A stretch of 64,000 nucleotides of DNA from Octopus sinensis. Its lineage: Eukaryota. The notes below the pieces were generated by a model. It saw only the letters and a program-made list of their open reading frames with translations, was not told where the DNA came from and did not search any database. The position numbers were made by a program, and so were the translations under genes. Numbering within the stretch: position 1 is the stretch's first letter; each line of letters opens with the position of its first letter. Location: positions 147,126,001 to 147,190,000 of the forward strand of contig NC_042997.1 in NCBI RefSeq assembly GCF_006345805.1, read 5' to 3'. Positions 51,949 through 64,000 of this stretch are shown one piece after another.

Positions 51949-52970
51949 TGATTCCTGGTAGTCTCCAATATAACTACATTGCATATCTCTCCCTCCTTGA
52001 TTCGTATCACCTTATAAACCCCACGTTTATTCTTTACTATTTTGTGCTTTCATTTTTGCTTCTTTATTATTTCTTCTTCTACTTCGTCTTCTACTTCTTC
52101 TCTATCTGTTTCTCTCACTCTCATTACACCCAATTATCAATTTGTTTAACATCATCAGAAAACACCACTCTCCGACGAAATTTATTCCTCTTTTCAACTG
52201 TTTATATTCACTAATTGCCGATGCAAGCCATCACTGGTGTCCGCAGAGCCTATTATTTACTTTTTTTTTTTTTTTTTAAATAAAACAAAAAGAATTACCG
52301 TATTCTGTTGGAAAAGAATAAAAGACATCACACGACCCCATCCTCATATAGACCAAATATATTATGTTCTTAAACATTAAGTCTAGTTTCAGCAAAGGTA
52401 AATAAAAATACAAAAGAATTCCGCCTGATTGTGCATGGTTGCACAATCAGAGAATTCTTGTCATGAGGTTATGTGGATGAAAACATATTTAATGATTTAG
52501 AACATAAAAAAAATTTGCGAAAATAAAATCAAATATTCAATGAAGAAATGAGAGATATTTGTAGATTAATAATATTTATTTTTCATCAGTATTTACAAGA
52601 GAGAACATTAAGATTGCTTCATTACCGTTGGAGTTCAGCGACATTGTAGTGACAGCGTAATTGTGTAGGTTGTTACTGTTGTAGTCATTTAACCCCGGAC
52701 AAACCTGATTAAAAGGAGTTATAGCCAAAGGCATACCAAACATGACCACCTCTCTTTTTCATTTATGAGACCTTATATATATGGTACTATAGCGTCTAAG
52801 TCCTTTCTTTTCTTATGACTATAGATGCAGTTTGAAAGAAATTTTGCTGTTGTTTCCAGTAAGTTGAATGATCGCGTTTGAGATCTACCTATTCACTTAT
52901 GTGAAGTTTGTAGATAATGTTATAGATGTGAACTTTTGTAGTTCACCGAATGGCATCCTCACTTCTGGAG

Positions 52971-55782
52971 TTCTGGAGTAATATTTGGTATAAGCCAGTA
53001 AATCGTAATGGAGATGCAATATGGTTAAAGAAATTGGTGGAAGAAGTAGTGACTGAGAAGCAGTCAGATCTAAGACTAACTGATGCATTAATGAGTAAAG
53101 TGTTAGGAAAATGCCGAATTAGAAGGGCTCAGGATCAGATTTAGTTCAAGGGTAATGGCTAAAGAAATTCAGTAGCTTACATGTGAGGCTGTGGAAGCAA
53201 ACTAAAGATTGCCTTAATGGAGGAATAATACCAGATTGAATGAATTGAGGGAGAACAATACTCATCATGAATGATAAAAGCAAGAGTAATGCATCTAGCA
53301 ACTATAGACAAATCATTTGCTTAACATTAGGTGTGGAAGCTGTTAACAGGAATGCTTTCAGAAAGCATTTACGAGCACTTGACAACCAAAATGTATTGCC
53401 AGAAGAACAGACAGGTTGCAGGAAGAAAGCTAGAGGAACGCATGATCTATTATACATAGACAAAGCCGTTATAAATGAAGTAAAAGCTAGAAAGAGAAAT
53501 CTAACAATAGCATGGGTATATTATAAGAAAGCCTATGGCATAATCCCACACTCATGGAAAATGAATGTTTGAGTATATTCAGTATAGCAGACAATATAAG
53601 AGAATTAATTAGCTGTAGCATGAAGAAATGGAAAGTAGATCTCTACTCAGGTGACACACTCTTAGGGAGAGCTAATATTAAAAGAGGAATTTCCCATGGG
53701 GACTCGTTGTTCCTTTTAATATTTCTCTTATCTTTGATCCGCCTCAGTTTAGTATTAAAGAAAGCAAAGGCAGGGTGTCAGTTCAGACATAGAAAGGGAA
53801 AAATTAACCATTTGCTCTACTTGGATGATCTGAAGCTTTTTAGTAAGAATGAAAAAGAGATAGATTCTTTGATACAGACTGTGAGACCCTTCAGCAGAGT
53901 TATATGCTTAAAATTTGGCATAGATAGGTGTGTGATATTAGTCATGACAAGGGAACAGGTAGTCAACAGCGAAGGCATCCAATTATCAGATGGCCAGACG
54001 TTAAAATCCTTGAAAGGAGGAGAGAGTTATAAGTATCTAGGAGTAGTAGAATCTGACAGGGTACTAACAACAGAAGCGAAAACGAAAATTGAGGAGTACA
54101 TTAGAAGGGTGAGGAAGCTAATGAAGTCAAAATTAAAAGGTCCGAATCTAGTGAAGGCTGTAAATACTTGGTTAGTATCATTACTTAGATACTCAGAAGC
54201 TTTTGTAGATTGGACAAAAACTGAATTAACAAAGCTAGACAGAAGAACTAGGAGGGAATTCAGTAGGAATGGGGGACTCCACCCAAGCGCAGGAGTAGCA
54301 AGACTATGCTTACCTAGAAGGGAAGACGGAAGAGGGTTAATATCATCAGAAAACTGCGTGGAGTTAGCTAGAGTAGATATAGACTCCTATGTAGGTAATA
54401 GTGAAGAAAGTTTATTAAAAGCTGTTTGAGTCACAGCCAGACATAGGGAAACCAAAATTCCAAACGTACCTAAAAACCAGAAAAAAGAACCGAAATGATC
54501 TGACTGGCAGGAGAAGGCTTTGTATGGTAGATTCCGATAGATGCAGCAAATTGTAGTAGTGAGACATGGTTATGGTTGCAGAAAGGAAAGCTAAAGAGGG
54601 CGATAGAAAGTTTGTTATTAGCAGCATAAGATCAAGCATTAAGGACTAATTGGATAAAAGTCAAGATAGACAGAAACAAAGTAGATTCCCAATGTAGATT
54701 ATGCAAATCAAAAGAGGAAGACTTTACTCATATAGTAAGTGAATGTAGCATGTTGGTACAGAAAGAATATAAGAAAAGATATGACAATCTAGGAAGAGTA
54801 ATCTATTGGGCGCTATGTAGAAAGCTAGGACTTGAACATACTAATAAATGGTATGAACATAAACCTAGGAAGGTACTAGAAAGAAAGAAATGTAAGATAT
54901 TGTGGGACTTTAACAGTCAGACTGACAGAGTAATGGAAGCTAATAAGCCTGATTTGGTAGTAGTAGATACTAAAGTCCAACCCCTCCTCAAAGCGGTAGG
55001 GTTGTGTAGACGGCAGTGTCAGAGCTATGCCGTCAGGAACTTCGGTTCCTGGTAGGGCCATCCAAGGAGGATCGGTCTGGCACTGAGTGGTATTAGAGCC
55101 ACAGCCTGGCCAACAGGGCTCTGGTGAAAATTCCAAGAGGCATCTGATCGGCACCGGCGGCCTCGAGGTCGTTCTGTCCCTGCGTCTGTGGAGACTCCGC
55201 GGCAAACAGGGCGTCCCGTCACTCGGGATAATCATGCGGGATGTCGAGGACCGCTTGTGAATTCAATATTCCCACGAAACGTCTATGAAATGCTAGGACC
55301 AGAAAAGAAGCCGGCTCAGCCCGTCCTGTGTTAACGCCGTCACAAGTACACAAGTAAGTAGATAAAGAGAATAAAAAGTGCCAGATGATAGACTTTACAG
55401 TCCCAAATGATGAAAACATTAATATGGGACGTATAGAAAAAATAGCAAAGTACCAGGATCTAGCTATTAAATTACAGAAACTATGGAAATGCGGGTAAAA
55501 TGTAATCCAGTTGTTATAGTGCACTGGGAACTATCCCTAAGGATATGAACAGATGGGTAGAGGAAAAAGGCATAAAACCCAGCTTAGTACAGATCCAGAA
55601 AATAGTGTTATTAGAGACAGGTAGGATACTAAGGAAGTTTCTTGGTATCTAAGGTTACTTTTTGTAGCCTGATAAGAGGGTTCATGGCATCTAAGGCTAC
55701 CTGGTGTAACCCGATGTTAGGAATTTTTCTCTTCTAACACTCAAATCTGTTGAGTGTATATGAAAATAATGATAATAATAAT
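52971..55782 (+). mobile_element. 5'-truncated R4/Dong-type RLE LINE (copy 4, most complete)
   Basis: RT LPEEQTGCRK...YKKAYGIIPHSW, GISHGDSL, HLLYLDDLKLF in the 291-aa ORF 53554..54429; CCHC CRLCKSKEEDFTHIVSEC; RLE KPDLVVVD|KENKKCQMIDFTVPND; 3' UTR ending in TAA repeats. Confidence 0.95.
54970..55356 (+). mobile_element. 387-bp retroposon (probable RTE-type 3' fragment) nested in the Dong RLE
   Basis: 8-bp TSD AGTAGATA (54962-54969 and 55357-55364); 3' tandem (CACAAGTA)2; GC-richer than the host element. Confidence 0.8.
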
Positions 55783-55876
55783 CATTTCTGTTGTAGGTAC
55801 ATGGCCGTAAATCTTTGGGGATTTCGTCCAGCATTTCGTCCAGTGAGCTAACGATTCTGCCAGCTCGCCACCTCAT

Positions 55877-55975
<99 letters not shown>

Positions 55976-56239
55976 AATAATAATAATAATCCTTGGATGG
56001 AATTTATAAATATCTTATCTTAATGCCCATTGAAAAACGGTTCCTGTAAACAAACTTAAAGGATATATATATATTTAATGTGGTTTTAGAGTCAGATTTT
56101 GACTGCTATTTTCAGCATGGCGGTATCTCGTAGATACCCTAAATTATGATTTTAACAATAATTATTACCTTTGAAGGTTTTTTATTTCTATGCTGGTCAC
56201 TTGATAAGATCGTTATTTAATTTAAATTAACGATCTTAT

Positions 56240-56286
<47 letters not shown>

Positions 56287-56305
56287 GTCGTTTTTTCACT
56301 CTTTA

Positions 56306-56343
<38 letters not shown>

Positions 56344-57093
56344 TATATTGTTTAATGAACACATGTGACGTTTTCTAGCCAGGTTTTAATAGCTTGAGCC
56401 AGAAGTTGTTTTTAGGCGTGTTTTTTTAAAAAAAACGTGTCTAGAAAAACATTTCCAACGTATGAAACTATTAACCGCTCATAACTATATTCTGTGTACC
56501 TTAAAAAAGTGTTTATCTCTCACCGGATGGAGTACTTTTTTGTTGATCATATACCTTAACAGAAAAGGAAATGCAAACAATCTTTTTTTTTCTCTCTCTT
56601 TCTCTGTACTAGTAGACATCTGCCGTGTACAAAATACAAAGACAATAAAAATAAGGACACATGGCATATTGTGTTCGAGTTATATCTAAAAAAAAAAAAC
56701 AAAAAAAAACAAACAAACAGAACAGATGAGATGGTCCTGATAGGCACGTCTTTAATGGTAGGGAAGCAAGCCTGGAATTTCTACCATTAAATATTTCTCT
56801 TCTGTTCATTGTAATTTTGAGCTTATTTTACTTTTTTTTAATATTCTAAATTATTATAAGATAAACACGCCGTGCCTCCGTGCCACAGCACACAGTTATG
56901 AGCTCACAACGCCTTCACTAGATGGGTCATTGCTGTCCAGCTTATGAACTACTTTTATCTCCCATCTTTTTTCTCTTTCAGTCGAAACCAGTACTTATCC
57001 TTTTTTTAAAGCTTGGTATTTATTCTATCGATTCTTTTGCTGAACTGCTAGCTAACGGTGACGTAAATACAACACCGGTTGTCAAGCGGTGAT

Positions 57094-57137
<44 letters not shown>

Positions 57138-57849
57138 GGAAACTACAGTGATACGTATAAAAATATAAAAATCAATTTGTTAACCGGGGACGTAAACACA
57201 CCAACAGCGGTTGTCAAGCGGTGATGGGGAACAAACATAGACACAAAGATATATATACACACACACACGCATACATGAAGAAAACTGTAAGGTGATACCA
57301 ATTTGTTATCATATAGTTTCTTATATTAGAATATTAATAAAATACTCAGCAATTTTTTTTTAGCAGATTTAAATTCCTCTTCAGCTACCGATGTTCAAGC
57401 AAACAGAAAAACAGAAGAAAAAAAGTAGAATAAGATCGAAGCAACAACTATTTACGATTAATATTTGAATGTCTGTGGCTTTATATGCATTTCTGAATAT
57501 AAAGAAACAGATAACCATTAAACATTTACACATATTTGCCCATGTTTAGCATAACAGTCAGTCATGCTGTCATAGAAATAAGGAATTTATATCCGTTAAT
57601 TATTTCAAGGCTTAACCAGAGATCTTGACTTCTCTCCAAAAACCATTTCTGCGCTTTCTCTCCATCTTTCAAAATGCAATACCACATACATACATACATA
57701 CATAATACATACATACATACATACATACATACATACATACATACATACATGCATACATACACACATTCATAATACATACATACACACATATATACAGATA
57801 TACAGTGTGTGTATAATATGTATATATTCATATATATATAATATATAGA

Positions 57850-57858
57850 CACACACAC

Positions 57859-57904
<46 letters not shown>

Positions 57905-57994
57905 ATATATATTATGTCTATGTATATATATAAGTATATATATGTGTATATATATGCATATATATATATGTATATATATGTGTATATATATGCA

Positions 57995-58025
<31 letters not shown>

Positions 58026-58058
58026 ATATATATGTATATGTGTATAAATATATATATG

Positions 58059-58106
<48 letters not shown>

Positions 58107-58199
58107 ATATATATGTATTTATATATATGTATATATATATATATATATATAATATAATATATATATATATTATATATATATATATATATTAATATATAT

Positions 58200-58248
<49 letters not shown>

Positions 58249-58250
58249 AT
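57850..58250. repeat. Long (TA)n/(TATG)n field
   Basis: Visible repeats; similar fields at 58680-58840, 59515-59670 and 61020-61450. Confidence 0.95.
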
Positions 58251-58679
58251 GTATCTATGTATCATATATAATGTATGCATGCATGTATCTATATATGTGA
58301 AGAAAATGAGAATGAGAAACCGCAGAGAGAATTTGCAACTGGCGAAGTTATTCATGTATAAACATATACTCTTCATGGATAGGATTTATTAATATGCGTA
58401 AAGTTCTCAAGAAAAGTAATCCCGTTTCTTTCTATTCTTTTTCTTTTGCCAGTCGGATATATATTATGGGTTATGGGTCCAAAGTTCAGCAATTGATAAG
58501 TCAGCATCTCAAAGAAGAGCTCTCTGGATGCTATTTCTGAAGGTTTAAATTATGGGCGAATTTTCCAGAAGTTGTAGCGAATATGTCATATGCAGCAATT
58601 GCATTCGATATGAAAGTCTCTTGTGGTTTGTTAAACATTCCTCTGATGGCTGGTTGCTACGTATTTTGTGAGCTCACGA

Positions 58680-58771
<92 letters not shown>

Positions 58772-58803
58772 CATATATATATATATATACACCCACCCAC
58801 ACA

Positions 58804-58842
<39 letters not shown>

Positions 58843-59215
58843 TGTGCATAGAGATATATAAGAGCGTCTATGCACAAGAGCATCCGTTTTCATTTTGTCT
58901 AGATTAAAAGTATTTCTATAAAGTACTTTCGTATGTTAATCAAACATATTAAACTTTATATATGGACATGGTGTGTGAATTGACAGGTGGAGGGATCAAC
59001 ACGCTGAAGATATTAGAACAATAATCGATATAGTCCTCCATAGGCTTCCCATAACTGGCAACATGGTTTCAGATCACACCCAAGCGCAAACAGTTCGACA
59101 TACACGCTCATACACACACACAAAGACGGATACATACATACATACATAAATACGAAAACACTTGGCGCACATATACAAATTTGGGCTAAAATTACGTACC
59201 TACTCTTTGAAGTAG

Positions 59216-59256
<41 letters not shown>

Positions 59257-59511
59257 CAGACACACACACACACAAACACACACACACACCACACACACGC
59301 ACACACACACACGCACACACACACGCACGTACACGATTATGATTTATGTATATATAATGTGATATTCGTATTTCTGAGTATTTATATACATACATATTTT
59401 TTTTTATATATACAGAGAACCTATATATAAAACATATGAACGTACACTTAATATACAAAATTATATTTATAAGTAAACGTGCATATATATACATATATAC
59501 ATATATGAGTT

Positions 59512-59624
<113 letters not shown>

Positions 59625-59628
59625 ATAT

Positions 59629-59670
<42 letters not shown>

Positions 59671-60291
59671 ATACAGAATGCGCATACCTTGCAAAATTTA
59701 TGCTTTTCCACTAGGTATCTATAATAGTATATGTGTGAGCGAAGAAAAGTATACAGCTTGAATAATATTTGCACACATGCATAATCTTCAGCCAGCAAAC
59801 GTATACTTTCAGTATACCATTGTAGCTTCATATATTACATACATCAAATATTTCGTTTGTATGCATACAGTTTGCATGTTATAAATCTATTCTTGTTACC
59901 CCGTGAATATATTTATCAGCTACTGAGTTCATTAATCCATAAAAAGCCATTGAACACAATACCCAAATGCGCTTCGTATCGAACGAATGATGACACTGTG
60001 GCAGTTTTATAAGTTTGATTTACTATCTTCTGTATTCCGTTAGTTAGCTCAACGAGTCCCATTCGGCGAGCTTGGCAGTGGCACTAAAGTAGCGTCGGTG
60101 AATAACGACCGACCGCTGCCCTATAAAATGCTAAAGGTCGATTTCAGCTGAAGAGTTCAATATTATACAGCAATTAATGCAGCGGAATCAATAAAATGAA
60201 ATTATTCGAGCATGCATAAATGCATACGAAGTCATACACACACGTTTTTATACATAGAATGATGCACATACACACACACGTATACATACAA

Positions 60292-60362
<71 letters not shown>

Positions 60363-60876
60363 GTCTGTATACGTGTGTATGTGCATCATTCTATGTATAA
60401 AAAGGTGTGTATACTACACACGTGTGCAAAGAAACACAAACATGTATATAAGTATATATGTATGGGAAATATCTACAAACGGTGATTATTATATATATAT
60501 CTATGTATGTATATATGTTATATATATATGTATGCATATATATATACATATATATGTATGTATGTATGCACATATATATATGCATGTATGTATGCGTATA
60601 TATATGCATATATATATGTGTATGCAGATATATGTATATATATATATATATACGCGTGGACACATATATGTATATATATATCTGCAGTATGGAGGAAAAG
60701 AAGAAATAAGAAGGTAAAAGATAAAGAAGGACACATAACGACAAAGAAATAAAGAGATAGAATGGAACAAGGAGACAGATGCACGTCACAATGATAAACA
60801 CAAACACATTCGTACGCACAGGCACAGACACAAAACCACTTCCACACACACACACATATATATGTATATATATATC

Positions 60877-60919
<43 letters not shown>

Positions 60920-61452
60920 CGATACAGATAGATAGACAGAGAGTGAGAAGGAGAGAGACAAAGTCAGAAAATAGTCATCGCTCTTTGATTTGGAACTAGT
61001 AACACGTCAATTAATATATATCTATCTATATCTGTGCAAACATACATGAATATATATATGCATACATAGATACATATATATATATATATATGCATACATA
61101 TATATATATGTGTACATACATGCATATATTTATATGCATGCATATATACATATATATATATGCATACATATATATATGCATACATACATATATATATATG
61201 CATACATATATATATATATATATGTATATATGCATACATACATATATATACATACATACACATATATATATATACATACATGCATACATATATATATATA
61301 TGAATACATACATACATACACACATATATATATATATGCATACATGCATACATACATATGCATATATACATACACATATATATGCAGACATGCATACATA
61401 TATATGAGAATACATACATATATATATACATACGCATACATATATATATATA

Positions 61453-61658
61453 TCACCTTGATCACCTTGACCGACCAGTCCGTCGGGCGTCCATTCGACA
61501 CCGCTGGTCACAGCACGCTGTCCACTCCTCTCTGGATCGCGCCTTTCTCATCCACATGATCCCAATCGTCCTCCTGAAATCGTAACTCCACCGCCGTGGA
61601 GGCCTTCCGGGTGGTCGTTTCGGCTCGCGCGGGTACGATTCGAGAACTGCGCACTGAC
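61453..61658 (-). mobile_element. RTE-clade LINE 3' fragment inserted in (TA)n
   Basis: Minus peptide [20 protein letters not shown]...[11 protein letters not shown], still stop-free; 3' tandem CAAGGTGAT CAAGGTGA; (TA)n on both sides. Confidence 0.85.
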
Positions 61659-61676
61659 ATATATATATGTATACAT

Positions 61677-61715
<39 letters not shown>

Positions 61716-61723
61716 TATTTATA

Positions 61724-61840
61724 TATAAAATATTATTAGAGACAAAACCACTATTTTGCAAAACAAACAAGGAAAGACTTAATCAATACATCCTTGTTTG
61801 TTTTGCAAAATAGTGGTTTTGTCTCTAATAATATTTTATA
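61724..61840. repeat. Perfect 50-bp inverted repeat with a 17-nt loop
   Basis: 61724-61773 is the exact reverse complement of 61791-61840. Confidence 0.97.
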
Positions 61841-61999
61841 ATATTTTACTATAAAATTGGATTTAATCCTAAATCTGATTTTTTCCCTGTAAATTTGGAT
61901 TTATTCCCTAATATTTATTATTATATATATATATATATATATATGATATATATATACATAAATATACATACATCCACTCACACACACACACACACACAC

Positions 62000-62062
<63 letters not shown>

Positions 62063-62774
62063 ATATATGTATATGTATAAATATATATATTATGTACTTG
62101 TTGGCTATGGTCGGTCAAAAAGGGACAATTCATTTCACATCTATTATTGCTTTTGGCAATATAGACAACTTACATGGCCCGCTTCGGAGGCACATACTAA
62201 TGGAGTTGACTACAATCTTTGCATGTGCGCTGATGGAGAATGCTCTGAATCGAAATTCTTCGAAGCGAAAACCCTTTCTGGGAGAGACCGAGCTATCTCC
62301 ATTTAAACGGCTCCAGTTGTGTCTGTAAAGGTCAGTTTATGTATGTTTCCCGTGCGGTAGTTAGCAAACGCGGAAGCCCAAATTTCGAACATGAATTGTA
62401 TATCATGAGGGTACCGACTAAACACATCACTTTTTGAATTTAAGAAGGCTCACGGATCAAGCGAATTCTTTAGGATCCTATTACTTGGTCAAGCGTCAGC
62501 GATGATGAAATTCTCCTGTTGGATCATACCGAACAAGTTTATTTCTATATGGAACCAAAGTATCATCTGAAGATGGTATTGAAAAGATTACATATCACTG
62601 CTTAGCGCTCCCTCCTTAAAAAGATTACATCATATTGGAAGAAGAGGCACACACGACATAACACATTCATGGGGTGAAACAAATGGAAGTTCGATTCACT
62701 TTTCTAATTCGGGTAGGATTTGAAAGGAAATGAAATTAACAGTGTCTTAATACGCTGAAATAAGGGTTTTATAT

Positions 62775-62995
62775 ATATTGATTTCAAATTTCGGCACAAT
62801 ACCAGCAATTTAGTAGGAAAGAGTAAGTCGGTTATATCGAATCTAGTGCTCAACTAGTACTTATTTTATCGACCACGAAATAATGGAAAGCAAAGCCAGC
62901 CTTGACGGAATTTGGACTCAGAACGTGTAGACGGAGAAAATGCCGTTAAGGACTTTCTCCGGCGTGCCAATGATTCTGCTAGCTCGCTGCTTAAA
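62775..62995 (-). mobile_element. SINE family A (decayed)
   Basis: Reverse-complement match. Confidence 0.75.
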
Positions 62996-63034
62996 GGCAT
63001 TGATATTATAAGGAATCGTAAGTAATGGTTCATC

Positions 63035-63375
63035 CTAGTTTCTTTTACCTTTTACTTGCTCCACTCATTGGACTGCTGCCTTGCTGGGGTAACACCTTGA
63101 AGGGTTTAGTCGAAGAAATCGATTCCAGTACTCAAGTCTAGTACTTATTCTATCGGTCTCTCACTAAGTTACGGGGACGTAAACAAACCAAAGTTAGTTT
63201 TCAACCGTGAGAACATAAACACAAACACACACACACACACATGTAATGGGCTTCTACACAGTTTCCATCCACTATATTCACTCACAAGGAATTGGCTTTG
63301 GGACTATAGAAGATAAGCTCAAGGTGCCCAGCACCGAAACTGAACCCGAAACCACGTGGTTGAAAGCCGGGGTAC
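63035..63375 (-). mobile_element. SINE family B (decayed); related fragments at 56850-57250
   Basis: Reverse-complement match. Confidence 0.75.
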
Positions 63376-63552
63376 TTCTGATCATAGAGTAGCTTGAGCA
63401 AGGTTGAATTGAAGCTAAACAACTGGTATAGTAGCTTTAACTGACCAAAGATATCCGGTCTGGTCGAGGATCAAAAATATACATACAGCTACAGTCAAAT
63501 GTTTGAAACCAGTTAAAGAATGCATACATGTATGTGTCTATGAATCTCTCTT

Positions 63553-63590
<38 letters not shown>

Positions 63591-63618
63591 GCACATTAAA
63601 ATGTGCACTTGAAAACTA

Positions 63619-63943
63619 TAAAAAAAATGATAAACGTCGCTCTTTTCAAGCCTAACCAGGTTCATGGGCCCGGTTTCCCGGTTTCTGTGGTGTATCTGTC
63701 CCCCCCCCCAGCTGGATGGGACGCCAGTCCATTGCAGTGTTACTCAAGAAACAGAAAGACAGAGTGAGAGAAAGTTGTGGTGAAAGAATATAACAGGGGC
63801 CACCATCACCCCCTGCCGGAGGCTCGTGGGGCTTTTAGGTGTTTTCGCTCAATAAATACACACAACACCCGGTCTGGGAATCGAAACTGCGATCTTCTGA
63901 CCGCAAGTCCGCTGCCCTAACCACTGGGCCATTGTGCCTCCAT
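63619..63943 (-). mobile_element. Full-length tRNA-headed SINE, family D, with a V-domain-like core
   Basis: A-box TGGCCCAGTGG, B-box GTTTCGATTCC, core GCAATGGACTGGCGTCCCATCCAG; 12-bp TSD ACTTGAAAACTA (63607-63618 and 63944-63955). Confidence 0.85.
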
Positions 63944-64000
63944 ACTTGAAAACTACAGTGAATTAAAATAACGATATGTATAACATTTATAATGTACAAG

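Noticed and set aside
56203-56240. 13-bp-arm hairpin beside (TA)n
   Set aside because: Short and AT-rich; plausible by chance or slippage
63870-63943. tRNA gene (also the heads of SINE families A and B)
   Set aside because: A/B boxes are present but no complete cloverleaf; the sequence continues into a SINE body with a TSD

Overview
AT-rich eukaryotic non-coding DNA, saturated with microsatellites and decayed mobile elements. The SINE families and the repeat load resemble octopod cephalopod (Octopus-like) genomes; this is inference from recall, not a database result. I recognise no intact host protein-coding gene, rRNA, tRNA or CRISPR array, and nearly all ORFs in the track are microsatellite read-through. 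Supportable content: four R4/Dong-type RLE non-LTR retrotransposon relics tied to (TAA)n tracts, RTE-type 3' fragments (one nested in a Dong endonuclease with an 8-bp TSD), three Penelope-like element (PLE) coding relics, four Tc1/mariner-derived pieces (including a foldback made of two 5' ends), four tRNA-headed SINE families, and a 39-bp palindromic minisatellite. The most notable hidden layer is about nine PLE-type minimal hammerhead-ribozyme motifs. Two copies of one (TA)n-embedded family keep a well-formed fold but share a non-canonical CUGUNGA core. A cluster of splice and promoter-like signals at 38-40.7 kb may mark a transcribed host locus. Coordinates of decayed elements are approximate, and identities are by-eye estimates.
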